From: Octopus vulgaris
Lineage: Eukaryota
Assembly (NCBI GenBank): GCA_951406725.2
Contig: OX597817.1
Location: 6,572,001 to 6,636,000, forward strand
Direction: 5' to 3'
Length of the DNA: 64,000 bases
In this document: piece after piece, positions 51,345 through 63,850 of the stretch
Layout: each line of letters begins with the position of its first letter
Position numbering within the stretch: position 1 is the stretch's first letter
Translations under genes and position numbers: made by a program
The notes under the pieces: generated by a model
What the model saw: only the letters and a program-made list of their open reading frames with translations
Told to the model about the DNA's origin: nothing
Databases searched by the model: none

Positions 51345-53494
51345 TCATGGAGAAGTAAATACAGAAATATATATACATATACATTACTTTTATCATCAAT
51401 TTTCCATACCGGAAACCAACGAAACCAGCGCAGGTAACAAACATCTTTGGTGACGTCCAGCTGTGACTAAAGAAGGTGCCAAATGAGTGAGATCCAAATG
51501 TTTCTAAATATGCCATCCAAAACCTAACTATGTTTGCAATGTTTCAGAAAATCTTCTTGTGTTTGTATTGTTTTACGTTTCAATAAATATTTTTCTTTCA
51601 GCTCTAGAGTCACAGACAGCATTCATACTAATATCACCCCCATCAGATATTATTACTTTACTTTAAAAAACGTACCGTTCTGCATCGGCAAAACTATTTC
51701 AGTATGAATTAAAATGTATGATAACATGCCTGAGATAGAAGTGAATGTTTACCTTCAATAACAAACATTAATTAATCACTTCACAGCAAAGCAACTTATG
51801 TATCATATGTATTGATTTTTAAAGTGAGGATAGTTTCTCATATGTATGTTGAGTGAGATTGCGATCTCGTAAACAGTCCTAAATTTTCCAATGGTTTTCT
51901 TCATAACGTAAAGTGATTTTGATGATCAGGGACATGTTTTGCTAAAAGTTGTTCCCAAAACGGCATTTTTTATTGATATGTCAAATAGCGATAACATTCA
52001 TTTGACAACAATATTTACTAAAATATTATCCTCACGCTTTAATTTATTGTTTCTTGCCTAACTTGGTATTTATCGTACACCCTTTCATTTACAAAATATA
52101 TTAGCGTTTGCTCTGTGTATGTTTGCTTTGACAGACAGATCTTATTACCATTTATGAAGTAGTTCTTTGATCTGACAATGATAATAAAAAAGGAAATATA
52201 ATACATTCCCCGGCGTGTATGAGCATGCGTGTGTTATTGTGTTTGATTGTTCATATGTCAATCGTATCAGATTCCACGACAATATTAAAAAAATATATTG
52301 CACTCATTATAAATGTATAGATAAATATTCTAGTTAAATGAACAAAAATTAGAAATATCCTGTGTGGCTGATAATATTTCTGGACCTAAATAGAAGCAAT
52401 CAGACAACGAATATTGTTCAACTATATCCGGGAACAAATATTTTAGAGAAAAATAACAGTCTCTGATTCAGTTATTCTGATAGATATATATATATTTTAC
52501 TACCTTGTCAAGGAGATGCTGATGATGTCCGTGAAAGCTAATTTTATTTAGAGCTTTTGAGGCTAGTAAATAGAAAGGAGAAATTTGTTCCCAATCTGGA
52601 GACTTGAGCATCAGATTTTAAAAGGACTGAATTTGTCTAAACACACAAAGATGAGACGATAGTGTTAAACCTGTTGAGAACTCCAAACACAAAGTGACAG
52701 AACAAATACCGGAGAAATACTAACAATTCCACAGATTTACTGTCCCTGGTTTATCAATTTATTTAATCAATCCGAACATCTGAAAGACAATATTGATCTC
52801 ACCATTAGTTGAAAAGTCTAAACAAAATATCGCTTTGTATTTTATGCTACCCTCAAATGATTCTCTCAATGTAAATGAAAAAAAAATGATAAAAGATGGG
52901 GGAAAAAGCAGAATACAGATCGAAAATAGAAAAATGGGAGAGATATAGAAAGAAAGTTGAGACAGAATAATACCCCAGAAATGGAGAAGACGATGATCGT
53001 AACAATAACAGGAGTAAATATTTGAATTAGTAATGATACGAGAAGAGAAATGGAAAATTAGGGGTGAAAAAAGACAAAAAGACGACAGACATCTCTCTAT
53101 ATGCCACTCTATATGCAAGAGCTTATATACAATTATTCAGGTGATTGTGGTATGACATATAAAATATGGCATACCACATACAGTTGTACGTGCCATAAAT
53201 ATACCTGTAGCTAAGCTTTTCAAATAAGCATCGTAGTTAAAACACAGTGTTGTCTCTGGTAAATGAAATGAAGTGTAACACAATGTTTTACTCGATTTCA
53301 CATCAAGAATATTTATTTTATAAACATCAGAGAAGTTTATTTTATTCGTTGTAAAGAGAAACAAAACGAACGTATAATAAATTCGGCAAGTAAATATGCA
53401 TTTTCATATCAGTAAATCTTTTGGAGATGTATAGTAATTCACTAAAGTATCATGTCTTCAGATATTTCTCATATTTTGCTACTTATAGCTATAC

Positions 53495-53832
53495 TACTGC
53501 AAAGCTTCGGCAATTTTAGCCGAAAGAATCTACCCCAATACGCATGTATTTTATGCCTGGTACTTATTTTATTGGGTCTTTGCCGAAGCCCTAAGTCTAA
53601 GGACGACACACACCAACACCAGTTGTCAAGCGGCGGATGGGGACAAACACGGACGCAAACACACACACTCACACACTTACACAAGCATACACACATACGA
53701 CGGGCTACTTTCAGTTTGCGTTCAGTAAATCCCTTTACAAGACTTTGGTCATTTCGAGGCTATAGCAGAAGACACTTACCAAAATTCTGAACTCAGAATC
53801 ATATGGCTGGGAAGCAAACTTCTTACCACACA
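53495..53832 (-). mobile_element. SINE family A, decayed
   Basis: Reverse-complement match to 3017-3429. Confidence 0.75.
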
Positions 53833-54415
53833 TGTAGCGGTATAAATTGCAAATAAATTTACAGGAGTATGTTAGATAAATATATGTTTAGTTCCAATAG
53901 ACACCATCGACATACCACAGGTCAATCTCAACAGAGATGCTTTCTTATTGGCTCAGAATTCTGAAAATCAAAGTTTGAACAGCTGTAACATTTTTCTGGA
54001 ATAAATGTATAACAAATTCGGATTCAGCGTTAAAAATCACATCTATATGGTATATTGCCAAAATACATTTAAGATAATTGCAAACAGTGACGAAAACCAC
54101 AAAGATAAACACAAATTCGCAAAAACATTCTGAAAATATCAAAAAATAAGGAAAGTCATGAATATTTAAATAGTAGGCTCAATCACAAGTCCTCCAAATG
54201 TTGAAGTATTTTTCTGGGACGGAATAGCTGTCCCACCCTTCGATATTTTATTGTATTCAACATTCTCAAACACATTCAAGTTGCACTAAAACAATTACAA
54301 TCTCTCCACTTAAATCATACCTCTCCCAAAATTTATTATTTTCGTTATTCTAGCATGTGGAGAGACATTCTAGGCTCAAATTCAAGCGCTGGTTGAAAAT
54401 CACCTGACAAAAAAA

Positions 54416-54745
54416 TTCTGGGGTCGATACATTCAACTAAAAATTCTTCAAGGCAGTTCTCCAGAATACCGCAGTTTAATGATTGAAGAAGTACAAAGGA
54501 AAAAAACACACAATAAAAAAACGAAATATATCACTGATGTGGTTTTGACTTGACTTAAAAAATAATTCTGGGTTCCATACAGTCGTCTAAAAATAATACA
54601 AGATGGTTCCCCAACATGGTCGTAGTCTAATAACCGCAATAAGTAAAACGGAAAACAAATTTCTGGGGTCGATGCGTTCAACTAAAACTCTTCAAGACAG
54701 TACCCCAGTATGGCAACCGACTAATGACTGAAACATGTAAAAGGG
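54416..54745 (+). repeat. Three tandem degenerate copies of a SINE family A-like 3' tail
   Basis: Units begin ttctggggtcgat at ~54416, ~54566 and ~54661, each followed by aactaaaa...caagg...ccagcatgg-like...taatgactgaaac-like sequence. Confidence 0.65.
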
Positions 54746-56049
54746 GAACAAACGAAAAATTACCGAAAAATATAAACGAGGGGGTTTTGTCCACTTTCAC
54801 ACTTTAACTATGGGGGTTTTGGTCTACATCCATGCGGAGGACTTGCTCCGTTATCTAGTTAAGATTGTAGATGTTTGCTTTTTTTTTATAAATATTGAAT
54901 TTCTAATCTGCTAATTTGTTTTTGGATAAATCTTAACTTTGTGCTATAAGTTTCTTACTTTAAGAAATATTTAATTTGCAATGTCCTGTTTATCGCATTA
55001 AATGCATATTAAATGCTTAAAACTATAAAATATGTGTTGTTTACTCGTTTTCTTTTTTTGTCATTGAGTTGGTTGTGAAGTATGCTAAAAAGAACAGGTA
55101 AATAAGCCTTAAATCACGAACCCGTACAGTGTACTTTTTTTGTTTTTTGCATAATCGTATCAAGTCCTATGTACAGAATAAAATTCACAAAAAACGTCTG
55201 GAAATTCCAAAATTATATATAATGTTATGAGGGGTCTATATGGCGTTCTTAAAGCCCTGGGAGGAGGTAAAGACATGGATCACACCCCTTCCCGTATTTT
55301 TGGTGGGGTGGGATTCTAGAGAAACCCAATTTTTCGACTTCTGAGATTCCGAATCTGCAAAAAAATCACAATTTCAATTTTGTTCTACACATTTCACCAA
55401 AAGTAAATTCTAAAAAATTGAAAAATGGGGAGGTGAATTTGGGGGTGCTTATGCTTCATTAGCTTTACAGTGGATCTGCCCCTACGAAAACTATAAAATT
55501 CTCCATGATTTCATGTCATTGAAGCTAAGATATACTTTGCTTTTAAAATAAAAAGTAATTTAGATCTCAACTTGATTGGTGGCGTGACTTACTCTCCTAT
55601 AATTTTTATGTAAACTTTTTTCTACTCGATCAAATCTCAATTTTCTTATGCCAAAATGTAACTAGGAACCAGCTCTCTTCAAAAATGTTAACAGTTTTCA
55701 ATATGGTTAAGAACTGAATTGGAGACAAACTCTGAAATATACTGCGTGTGAGTAAACTGCGGCGTTAAAAATATTATTCAACTACGGTAGTAGCTGAATG
55801 ATATACATATACAATAGTATAATACAATATATATATATGTATATATGTATATGTATGTAGATATATATATAAATATATATGGAAAGAGAGAGAGAGAGCG
55901 AGAACAGCTTGATTCAGAATCATGCATTTTAAATTTGCCAGTGGGAGCGGGGCACACGCATGCGTATACGTTTGTCAAAGTTGTGTTCGTTGTACCTTTG
56001 TGTCTTATTTTGCGCATGATTTTTCCCTTGCGAGCGCGTTTATATGTCT

Positions 56050-56097
<48 letters not shown>

Positions 56098-56895
56098 AGA
56101 CATATAAAGAATGTTTGCATGTATGTGCATTTATGTCTGTCTTTGATTAAGTGTGCATATATGTATCTGTGCGCCTGGGATGACATGCGTGTGGTTGTAC
56201 GTGTGCTTTCGTATGCCACTATGCATAACTGAGTGTTTCTATGTATTGAATGTTCATTTTATCTAAGTGCTTTTGAAATAATATTGTCACTTGCACGACT
56301 GGTGTAAAAAGTATTTGAATAATTCATAATTTGTCCAATCTACAATCGATACATATCTGTCTTTGCCTGCCATATTGTCTCAGTTTATGCCCATTATTTT
56401 CTCTGTCTGCTTTCTATCAGCTCTGTATTCTGCCTTTTCGCCACACAATTTGTCAACATCTCTCTTTCTCACCCACTCTTTCTTTCCAATTTTCTCTTTC
56501 CCTGTCTTCCTGCCTATGTTTAAGTTACTTCCTGTTAATTATTATTTTTATTATTTTGTTTTTGGTCCTCTTACTGATTCACGCCTGCCATTCTGCTATG
56601 TTGTTTCAATATATATTTATCTGTGTGGCTATTTCTCTCTGCATCTGTCATTCTATCCCTTTGCATTTACCTGTTTAATGACACCATTTTCTATCCCGTC
56701 CACTGTCTGTCTGTCATTCTCCCTTTCTCTATCTCTCTCTCTCACTTACTCACTCACTCTGGTTTTTCTTATTGTCTTGTTTTAGTTCTCTCTATATCTC
56801 TCCCTTTTCTGCCTTAGTTAATATGTCACCCCCAAACTATTTCAATTTGTCACAATATATTACTGTATTTTCTTGTATGCCTGTCAATTAGACAG

Positions 56896-56957
<62 letters not shown>

Positions 56958-57022
56958 TGTGTGTATGTGTGTATATATTTGCATAATACATATATGTATA
57001 TATATATCAATATATATATATA

Positions 57023-58158
57023 GGGAGAATTCACAAAAAACAAAAGACGAAGGCAGGTGGTATGGACTACAAACAGATGTATTAGTTTAAAGGTCGGGAA
57101 GTGAAAGAGTCTTTAACGTTTCGAGAGTACGCTCTTCCGCAGAAAGGAACATAGAAAGAAGCAAGGAAAGAAAATAAAGAATGTGTAGTGGCTAGCGATC
57201 TATCATGGCGAATGCCGGACAGAGGTGTCACGCAGGATACCTAGAAAGAAGGGGAGATAATAACGTAGTGGTGATCCCAAAATGAAGGTGCGCGTGCCTG
57301 TATATAAGAGAGTATGTTTGTGCGTGTGGGAGAGGGCTGGTGACCTTGACGTGTGCGAGTGTGTATGTACAGGTGTGTGGATATGGGTATGGGAAGTGGT
57401 CAGTGCTAGTGTGTTCGTGGTGGTGTGATGTTATGTGGTATTGTGTGGTATGGTAGTGTACGGTGTAGTGGTGTGTGGTGTGGTGTGATGGTGTTGGAAG
57501 TTGGGGGTGGCGACTGTGGGGAAAGCAAGTGTGGGGTGTTGGTTAGGCTGAGAGTGGGGTAGAGGTGGGTTATGTGAGTAGGCTGAGGGTGGGGTAGATG
57601 TGCAGTATGTGTGAGGGGATGTAAGGTGTGGATGTAAGGAATGTGCAGTATGTGGGAGTGGATGTAAGGTGGGATGTGATGGGTAGGGAAGGCGAGGATG
57701 GATTGTGTAGGGGTGGGGTGGGGTTACGAGGGAGGGGTTACGATGGAAGGCATAAGAAGTAGGTATGTAAGACTGAACAGAAGAGAGGAGTGTAGGAGTG
57801 AAGAGAAGAAGTAGGAGTCAGAGCAAGAGAGGAGAGGTGGGTGGAAAGAAATAGGTGTGAGGGGGAGAAGGAGAGTTGAGCCCATGTGGCGCAAAGGAGC
57901 GAAGAGAGAAGATTAATCCCTGTTCACCGAGCAAACGGGAGTCCGGATAACCCCTGTGCAAGGACAATCCGAACACAGGCAAGTGTTGCAAAGAATTACT
58001 GGTAGAGCGGAAATAACGTGAGACCGTGTTGTCATTGCCGAGTCGGATGTCTCGGAGGTGTTCTGCGAACCGGTCAGCTATGCAGCATCCCGAGAAGGGC
58101 AGAGACAGCAGGAGATGCAGTAGATGACATTGGTAGAAGTGCAGGTGAAAGAGTTGGA
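57023..58158 (-). mobile_element. Penelope-like element 3' portion: GIY-YIG endonuclease remnant, pyrimidine-rich 3'UTR and pLTR with hammerhead-like motif (57111-57146)
   Basis: Minus strand SNSFTCTSTNVIYCISCCLCPS [YIG segment deleted, frameshift] IADRFAEHLRDIRLGNDNTVSRYF...RLLGEQGLIFSLRSFAPHGLN. Motif cttt-CTGCGGA-a-gagc...tc-GAAACGTT-aaag. The 3' end abuts (TA)n. Confidence 0.88.
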
Positions 58159-58940
58159 TGGAAAAAATAGTCAAGGTAGAAAATGCTAAAATAATCTTAT
58201 AAAAAACGCTTCAGTACAGGTTTCAGTAATCGAGACTTTTTCAACTGTTAATATGGAAAACAATTAAATTTTGGAAAAATTAAAAGATTTTTTAAATGAA
58301 TATTTACATTAATTTAAATATAAGGGACATTTCCCTTGTTTCGTCCTGTCTCTGACTCTCTTGTTTACTCTTTTAGGTTTGAGGTCGTTGTGAATTATTG
58401 GCAGAGAAGAAGAAGAAGAAGAAGAAGAAGAAGAAGAAGAAGAAGAAGAAGAAGAAGAAGAAGAAGAAGAAGAAGAAGAAGAAGAAGAAGAAGAAGAAGA
58501 AGAAGAGGAATGCGGGAGTGCCATGATACTATTAGGATTTTAAATGGTCAAGTGACCTGAAAGTGACTTGATTCAGGGCACTTGACCATTTAACATCCTA
58601 CTACTATCATAGCGCTCACGCATTATTTTTCTAACTTCTTCTCCTCCTCCTCCTACTCCTTCTTCTTTTTCCCTACCAAGAATTCACAACGACCTCGAAT
58701 CCAAAGAGTATACCAGAGAGAGTGAAAGAGAGAGAGAGAGAGAGAGAGAGAGGCGGAAACAAGAAAAATGCCCTTTTGTATTTGATTACTATACAAATAT
58801 TCTTTTAAACAACTTTTCTTTTAATTCTTCCAAAATTTGATTTAACAGTTGCAAAAATCTCGATGACTGAAACCGGTACTGAAATGCTTTTTACAAAATT
58901 ATTTTATCATTTTCTACCTTGACTTTTTGACATTTTTCCA
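58159..58940. mobile_element. ~780 bp palindromic element with outward-facing hammerhead-like motifs (58212-58247 minus, 58846-58881 plus)
   Basis: Arms are reverse-complementary from agtcaaggtagaaaatg / cattttctaccttgact to taaatggtcaagtgacctgaa / ttcagggcacttgaccattta around a loop at ~58562-58570. Two-arm consensus cag-TTGAAAA-agtc tcgat gact-GAA-ACCGGT-A-ctg. Confidence 0.88.
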
Positions 58941-58984
58941 TATATATCAACTCGTGTGTTCCTTTTCAACTACACACATACATA

Positions 58985-59100
<116 letters not shown>

Positions 59101-60818
59101 TACCGAGATCAGTTTTAAATGGTTTTACAGATGTCTCTGTCATTACCTATCACACAAGCACACATAACGCACAAACAAATTTTTGCACACATCCACACAC
59201 ATGCACACACTTTCACTCTCATCACTCGCTCCCCCTCTTTCTGTTTGCCCATATGCAATACATCTACAGCTGTTTTTCTTTTCCCTCCGCCACTAATTTA
59301 TCTCAAACACTTTCGAATGCTCATTCTTAATCTATGTTAAAAGCAAAATTATAGGACTGTCTCTTATGAAATCGTAGCTTTTCGTAATCAGTCCGAGTTG
59401 GGTTAGGACTCAACAGCAATAAGTGCAACTATTTTCTTTCGCAACCAAAACCTGTTTCTGAACTACCACTGTTTGCTAACCGCAGCATTTCATTTTATCC
59501 CAAATTTAAAAAAAAATCTCTCTTTCTCATTATATCCTTCTGTCCCCGTCTCAGTCTCACTCTCTCTCGCCCTCTCTTTCTTTCTCTCCCTCTCGCTTTC
59601 TCTTTATTTCTGTCACACTCTCTTCCTTTATCTCTACCTCTCTCTCTTCCTTTATCTCTACCTCTCTCTCTTCCTTTATCTCTACCTCTCTCTACTTCTT
59701 CATTTGCGTTTGACTTTCTGCCATCTCACTCTAGTTTAACTCCTATCGTATCTCTGTCATACAGTATACATCACTTATCATCTCATTAGTGTCTCCTCAT
59801 TTCTCCAACTCGTATCTGTCTTTCTGGTTAATAGAATCCCCACCACCAGCACCACCACCACCACCACCACAGCCATTTTCATTGTTCTCCTCGCTTCCTC
59901 ACCGCTTTCAGCTCTGCTGTTCATCATTGAGCATTAATACCATTCTCACTTCCATCTCCTATTCCATTTTTGTTTTAGCATCAGCATTCCCAGGTGAATA
60001 TAATATATATTTTATCATTATTTTCATAAAATATTTAGTGATATCGATACTACTTCCAGTTGACGTGTCCATTTAAAGTGTCTACGCACGCGCGTATATG
60101 CGTGCGCATTAGCAAGTGACCATATATGTTTACATGCATACATACACGCAGGAATGAATATATGTATGTCTGTGTGCGTGCATCTATTTATCTATACATA
60201 ATACCTACATATAAATATATTTATGCATATATACGCAGAAGTATTCAAGTATATATGTATATGTACGTATATATATATATATATATAGTGTGTGCGTATG
60301 TGTATCTGTATATATATATATTTATGAGAGTGTGTATGTGTGTGTGTAATTATGTATATTTGAACGTGAGTATTTGAGTGTGCTTATGTATATATGTATC
60401 AACACAGGTTGAAGTATAATTGTGCGCATGTAATGGCGGAGTGTATGAGGCTACAGTTATAGATGCATAATTTCTCTCTTACAAAAAGAAAAGCAAATAA
60501 TTTTCGAAATCTAAAACTAAATCTCGCAGAACGTCATAGTTGACCTGATTGCTAGCTACTAAGTTACTATCCTATCATTTAATGGAGCATGACTGGCACT
60601 TTTCAAAAGTAAACTATATTATATTTGCTGGACGATTCTCTTACTGAGTAAATACAAAACTCAAATTCCGGAACGATACCTTAACAATTAATATGCTTTG
60701 CATTAGATTTAAAGGAAACAAGGCGAACTGGTTAAATCATTGAAAATTGCGTTCGTTATGATAATGTTATATCTCTGAAGTTCGACGGTATACAATGAAT
60801 GAGAAGGGCAAACACGTA

Positions 60819-62139
60819 TCAAGTCATCCCCAAAACTCTGTCCAATTGTACCTACTTGTAAACTGAATGAAATTTAATAGTATTTTAGAGTGTCTAATGT
60901 AAACTGAATGAAATTTAATAGTATTTTAGAGTGTCTAATGGAATTAAAAATTATTTTTATGCTTTTGTGTACATTTAAACTAATTATTATTTTACAGAAT
61001 AGTATAATTAAAATATCTTTGATTAAAACCCTTTCTAAGATGGAAGTATCCAAAGAGCATTTAAGGCACATAATGTTTTAGGAGTACAAAAAAGGAAAGT
61101 CTGCAGCCGAAACGACTCGAAACATACACTCAGTTTATGGAACAGAGTGCTTTAATGAAAAACTTTGCAGAAGATGGTTTGCAAAATTCAGAAGTGAAGA
61201 TTTCAGCCTTAAAGATGAAGATCGAATAGGGTGTCCTGTTGAGTTTGATGATAAGCTCCTTAAGGCATTACTTGAAGAAAATCCTGCATTATCAGTTGAA
61301 GAATTGGCAATAAAGCTTAGTTCTAACCATAGCAACTGTTCATCGTTATCTTCAACAACTTGGAAAGATTTCTAAACTTGGAAGATGGGTGCATCGTGAA
61401 TTTTCCAAAAGCAAACGCAAATCCCGAGTTAACATCTGCTCTTCTCTTCATTCTCGAGAAATTATTTCACCCTATTTGAATAGACTTGTGACTGGTGAAG
61501 AAAAACGTTCTATCGAAATGTTAAACGGCATAAACAGTGGCTTGGTAAAAGGGAAAATGCTCAACCACAACCGAGAAGGGAACTTCATGGAAAAAAGGAT
61601 CTTCTCTCTGCCTGGTAGGATTGCAAAAGAGTAAGTCACTCTGAATTGTTATCACCTAATTCAACAAAAAATGCTCAAGTCTACTGTCAGCAATTATAGT
61701 GTTTGAACCAAGCTTTGAAGAAAAAAGAACCGCTTTAGTGAATCAAAAAGGAGTGATTTTTCATCAGAACAATATGCGACCCCACACTGCAAAGATCACA
61801 TGACAGAAAATCGAAGAGCCTGGTTTGGAAAAAATTCCTTATCCACCATATTCTCCCGACCTTGCTCCTTCAGACTACCATTTGTTTCGTAGTTTTCTGA
61901 ATCATTTAGGAGACATAATGTTCGCAAACCAGGAGGAGGTCGAAACTGACATTTCAGAGTTCTTCGCTTTGAAACCAAAAGAGTTTTACATTGGTGCGAT
62001 TAGAAAGCCGGTAAATATATGGAAAGAAATCATAGATAATCAAGGAAAGTACATTGATTATAAAATTTCAATTAAATATAACATTTGAACACTTGTTTTC
62101 TTCATTCAAAATTCGGACAAGACTTATGAGATGACCTGA
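60819..62139 (+). mobile_element. Full-length old mariner transposon, second subfamily, inactive
   Basis: Degenerate TIRs: left ta|tcaagtcatccccaaaactctgtcc, right rc ta|tcaggtcatctcataagtcttgtcc. 41-bp tandem duplication at 60857-60938. Confidence 0.9.
61040..62088 (+). pseudogene. Mariner transposase pseudogene
   Basis: MEVSKEHLRHIMF*EYKKGKSAAETTRNI...RRWFAKFRS...GRWVHREF (WVPHEL-like), LVTGEEK, HQNNMRPH, PPYSPDLAPSDYHLFRS. Many stops and frameshifts. Confidence 0.93.
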
Positions 62140-62569
62140 TATATTCGTGTTGTTTTCCTTAAATCTCTATATAAACGCGTGTACGCGCGTGTGTGTGTGT
62201 GGGGGGGTGAGTGTGTGCGTACGCGTTTGTGTGTGTGTGGGGGGTGAGTGTGTGCGTACGCGTTTGTGTTCGTATCAAGAGATGACTTATACTCAGATTT
62301 ACGCCTCTTGGGCGGACTGATTATGATATTCATAAGCAGCCTAGGAGAAAAAAAAAACTCCATGTAGATTCAAATATTGGTATGATGAACATATGTGTCA
62401 ACTGTAGCAAGGGCATTTTGCTCTGTATCAGAAACAATTTGAACAACGTAAGTCGTGCCTGTATAGAAGGCACAGAAATGCTTGTGTTGTGAGAAGTTTG
62501 CTCCACAATAACTTGGATCTGGGTTGAGGTCCCAATTTCTGACATTTGGGTGAGTTGTCTTCCGTTATG

Positions 62570-63087
62570 GCCTTGAGCCGATACAAAGCCTTGTGAGTAG
62601 ATCTGTTTTACAGAAGCTGGAGAAAGTGCGTTTTGTGTGTGTTTGTATGTGTGTGAGCGAACGCGTGCATGTGTGTGTGTGTTTGTGTGCGTGTGTGTGC
62701 TCGTGTGTTCGTGTCTTTGTGTGTGTGTACGTGTGTGTGTCCGTATGTTTGTGTGTGGGTGTGTGTGTCTGTTGGTGTGTGAGTGCCTGTGTGCGCGTGT
62801 ATGTGTGTTCATGTCTGTGATTGTTCTTGTGTTCGTGTGTTTGTGTGTGCGTACGTGAGTGTGTACGTGAGTGTGTACTTGTGTTCCTGTGCTCATATGT
62901 TCGTGTGTGTGTGTGTGTGTGTGCGTGCGTGTGTATGTGTGTGCTTTTGTGTCTGTTTTTGTCCCCCCTAACAACTCTTCACTGCCGGTGCTGGTGTGTT
63001 CACGTCTAGTGTACCTTCGCGGGTTTGGCAAAAAGAGACTGATAACATAAGTACCTGATTCAAAATATAAGTACTGGGCTCGATTCA
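62570..63087 (+). mobile_element. SINE family A with an internal (GT)-rich tract expanded to ~320 bp
   Basis: ccttgagccgatacaaagccttgtgagtag...agaagc-(GT-rich)-gtctgtttttgtccccc...ggcaaaaagagactgataacataagtac. Confidence 0.75.
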
Positions 63088-63284
63088 TGTTGGTAACAAT
63101 TCTGCCAGCTCAATGCCTTGTGCCTTGTTACTATATTGCCTGATCTTCGCATGTTCAGAAGTAACTGTCTTAAGAAAAGTATTTACTTCCACTCTGTAAT
63201 AAAAATAAAAATAAAACAATTCAAGACAGAGAAAGCGAAAGGGTAACTAGTTCGCTGTACAAATTACTTAGCTACATTTCTTCT

Positions 63285-63435
63285 AGTTTTACGCTTGAGA
63301 TGAAATTCGGCCGAAGTTGAATTTGTCTCTCATAGATTCGCGGTCGAAAAAACGAATACCATTTGAGCACTGGAGCTGATGTAATCGATCAGTCTCCATC
63401 CTCAAGATTTTAGGCCATATGTCTACAGTATAGAG
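63285..63435 (+). mobile_element. SINE family B, tail type 2, decayed
   Basis: aaattcggccgaagttga...ggtcgaaaa...gagcactggagctgatgtaatcga...taggccatatgtctacagtatag. Confidence 0.6.
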
Positions 63436-63617
63436 AAAATAGACGGTGATGTACTATTAGTATCATAGCGTTTTATAATAGCTATTCTTGATCACGTTCA
63501 ACTTTTATTTCCGACTGAATTACGTACGTATGCAGGTATGTGTCTATATATCTGTGAGACATAGAGGTATAAGAACATGACAATCCAGTAGGAAAAGCAA
63601 AAGAGATGAGAAAAATT

Positions 63618-63627
63618 ACTAGTAGTG

Positions 63628-63678
<51 letters not shown>

Positions 63679-63747
63679 ACTACTGCCGCAGCAGCAGCAA
63701 CGAACGCCAGGGATAACAGCTAAAAGAAAGAAAGGAAGAAAGAACGA

Positions 63748-63787
<40 letters not shown>

Positions 63788-63850
63788 AAAAAGGACAGAC
63801 AGACAGAAGGAAAGAAAGACAGACAGAAAGAAAGATAGAAAGAAAGAAGA
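63618..63850. repeat. (TAG)n and (GAAA)n microsatellites
   Basis: Read directly from the sequence. Confidence 0.95.

Noticed and set aside
53880-55760. Possible old DNA-transposon remnant
   Set aside because: The sequence looks repeat-like, but I could not identify paired TIRs, a TSD or coding motifs.
59617-62268. Short tandem duplications (24 bp x3 at ~59620, 41 bp x2 at 60857, ~38 bp x2 at ~62185) as CRISPR-like arrays
   Set aside because: No unique spacers, no cas genes and a eukaryotic context; these are ordinary slippage duplications.
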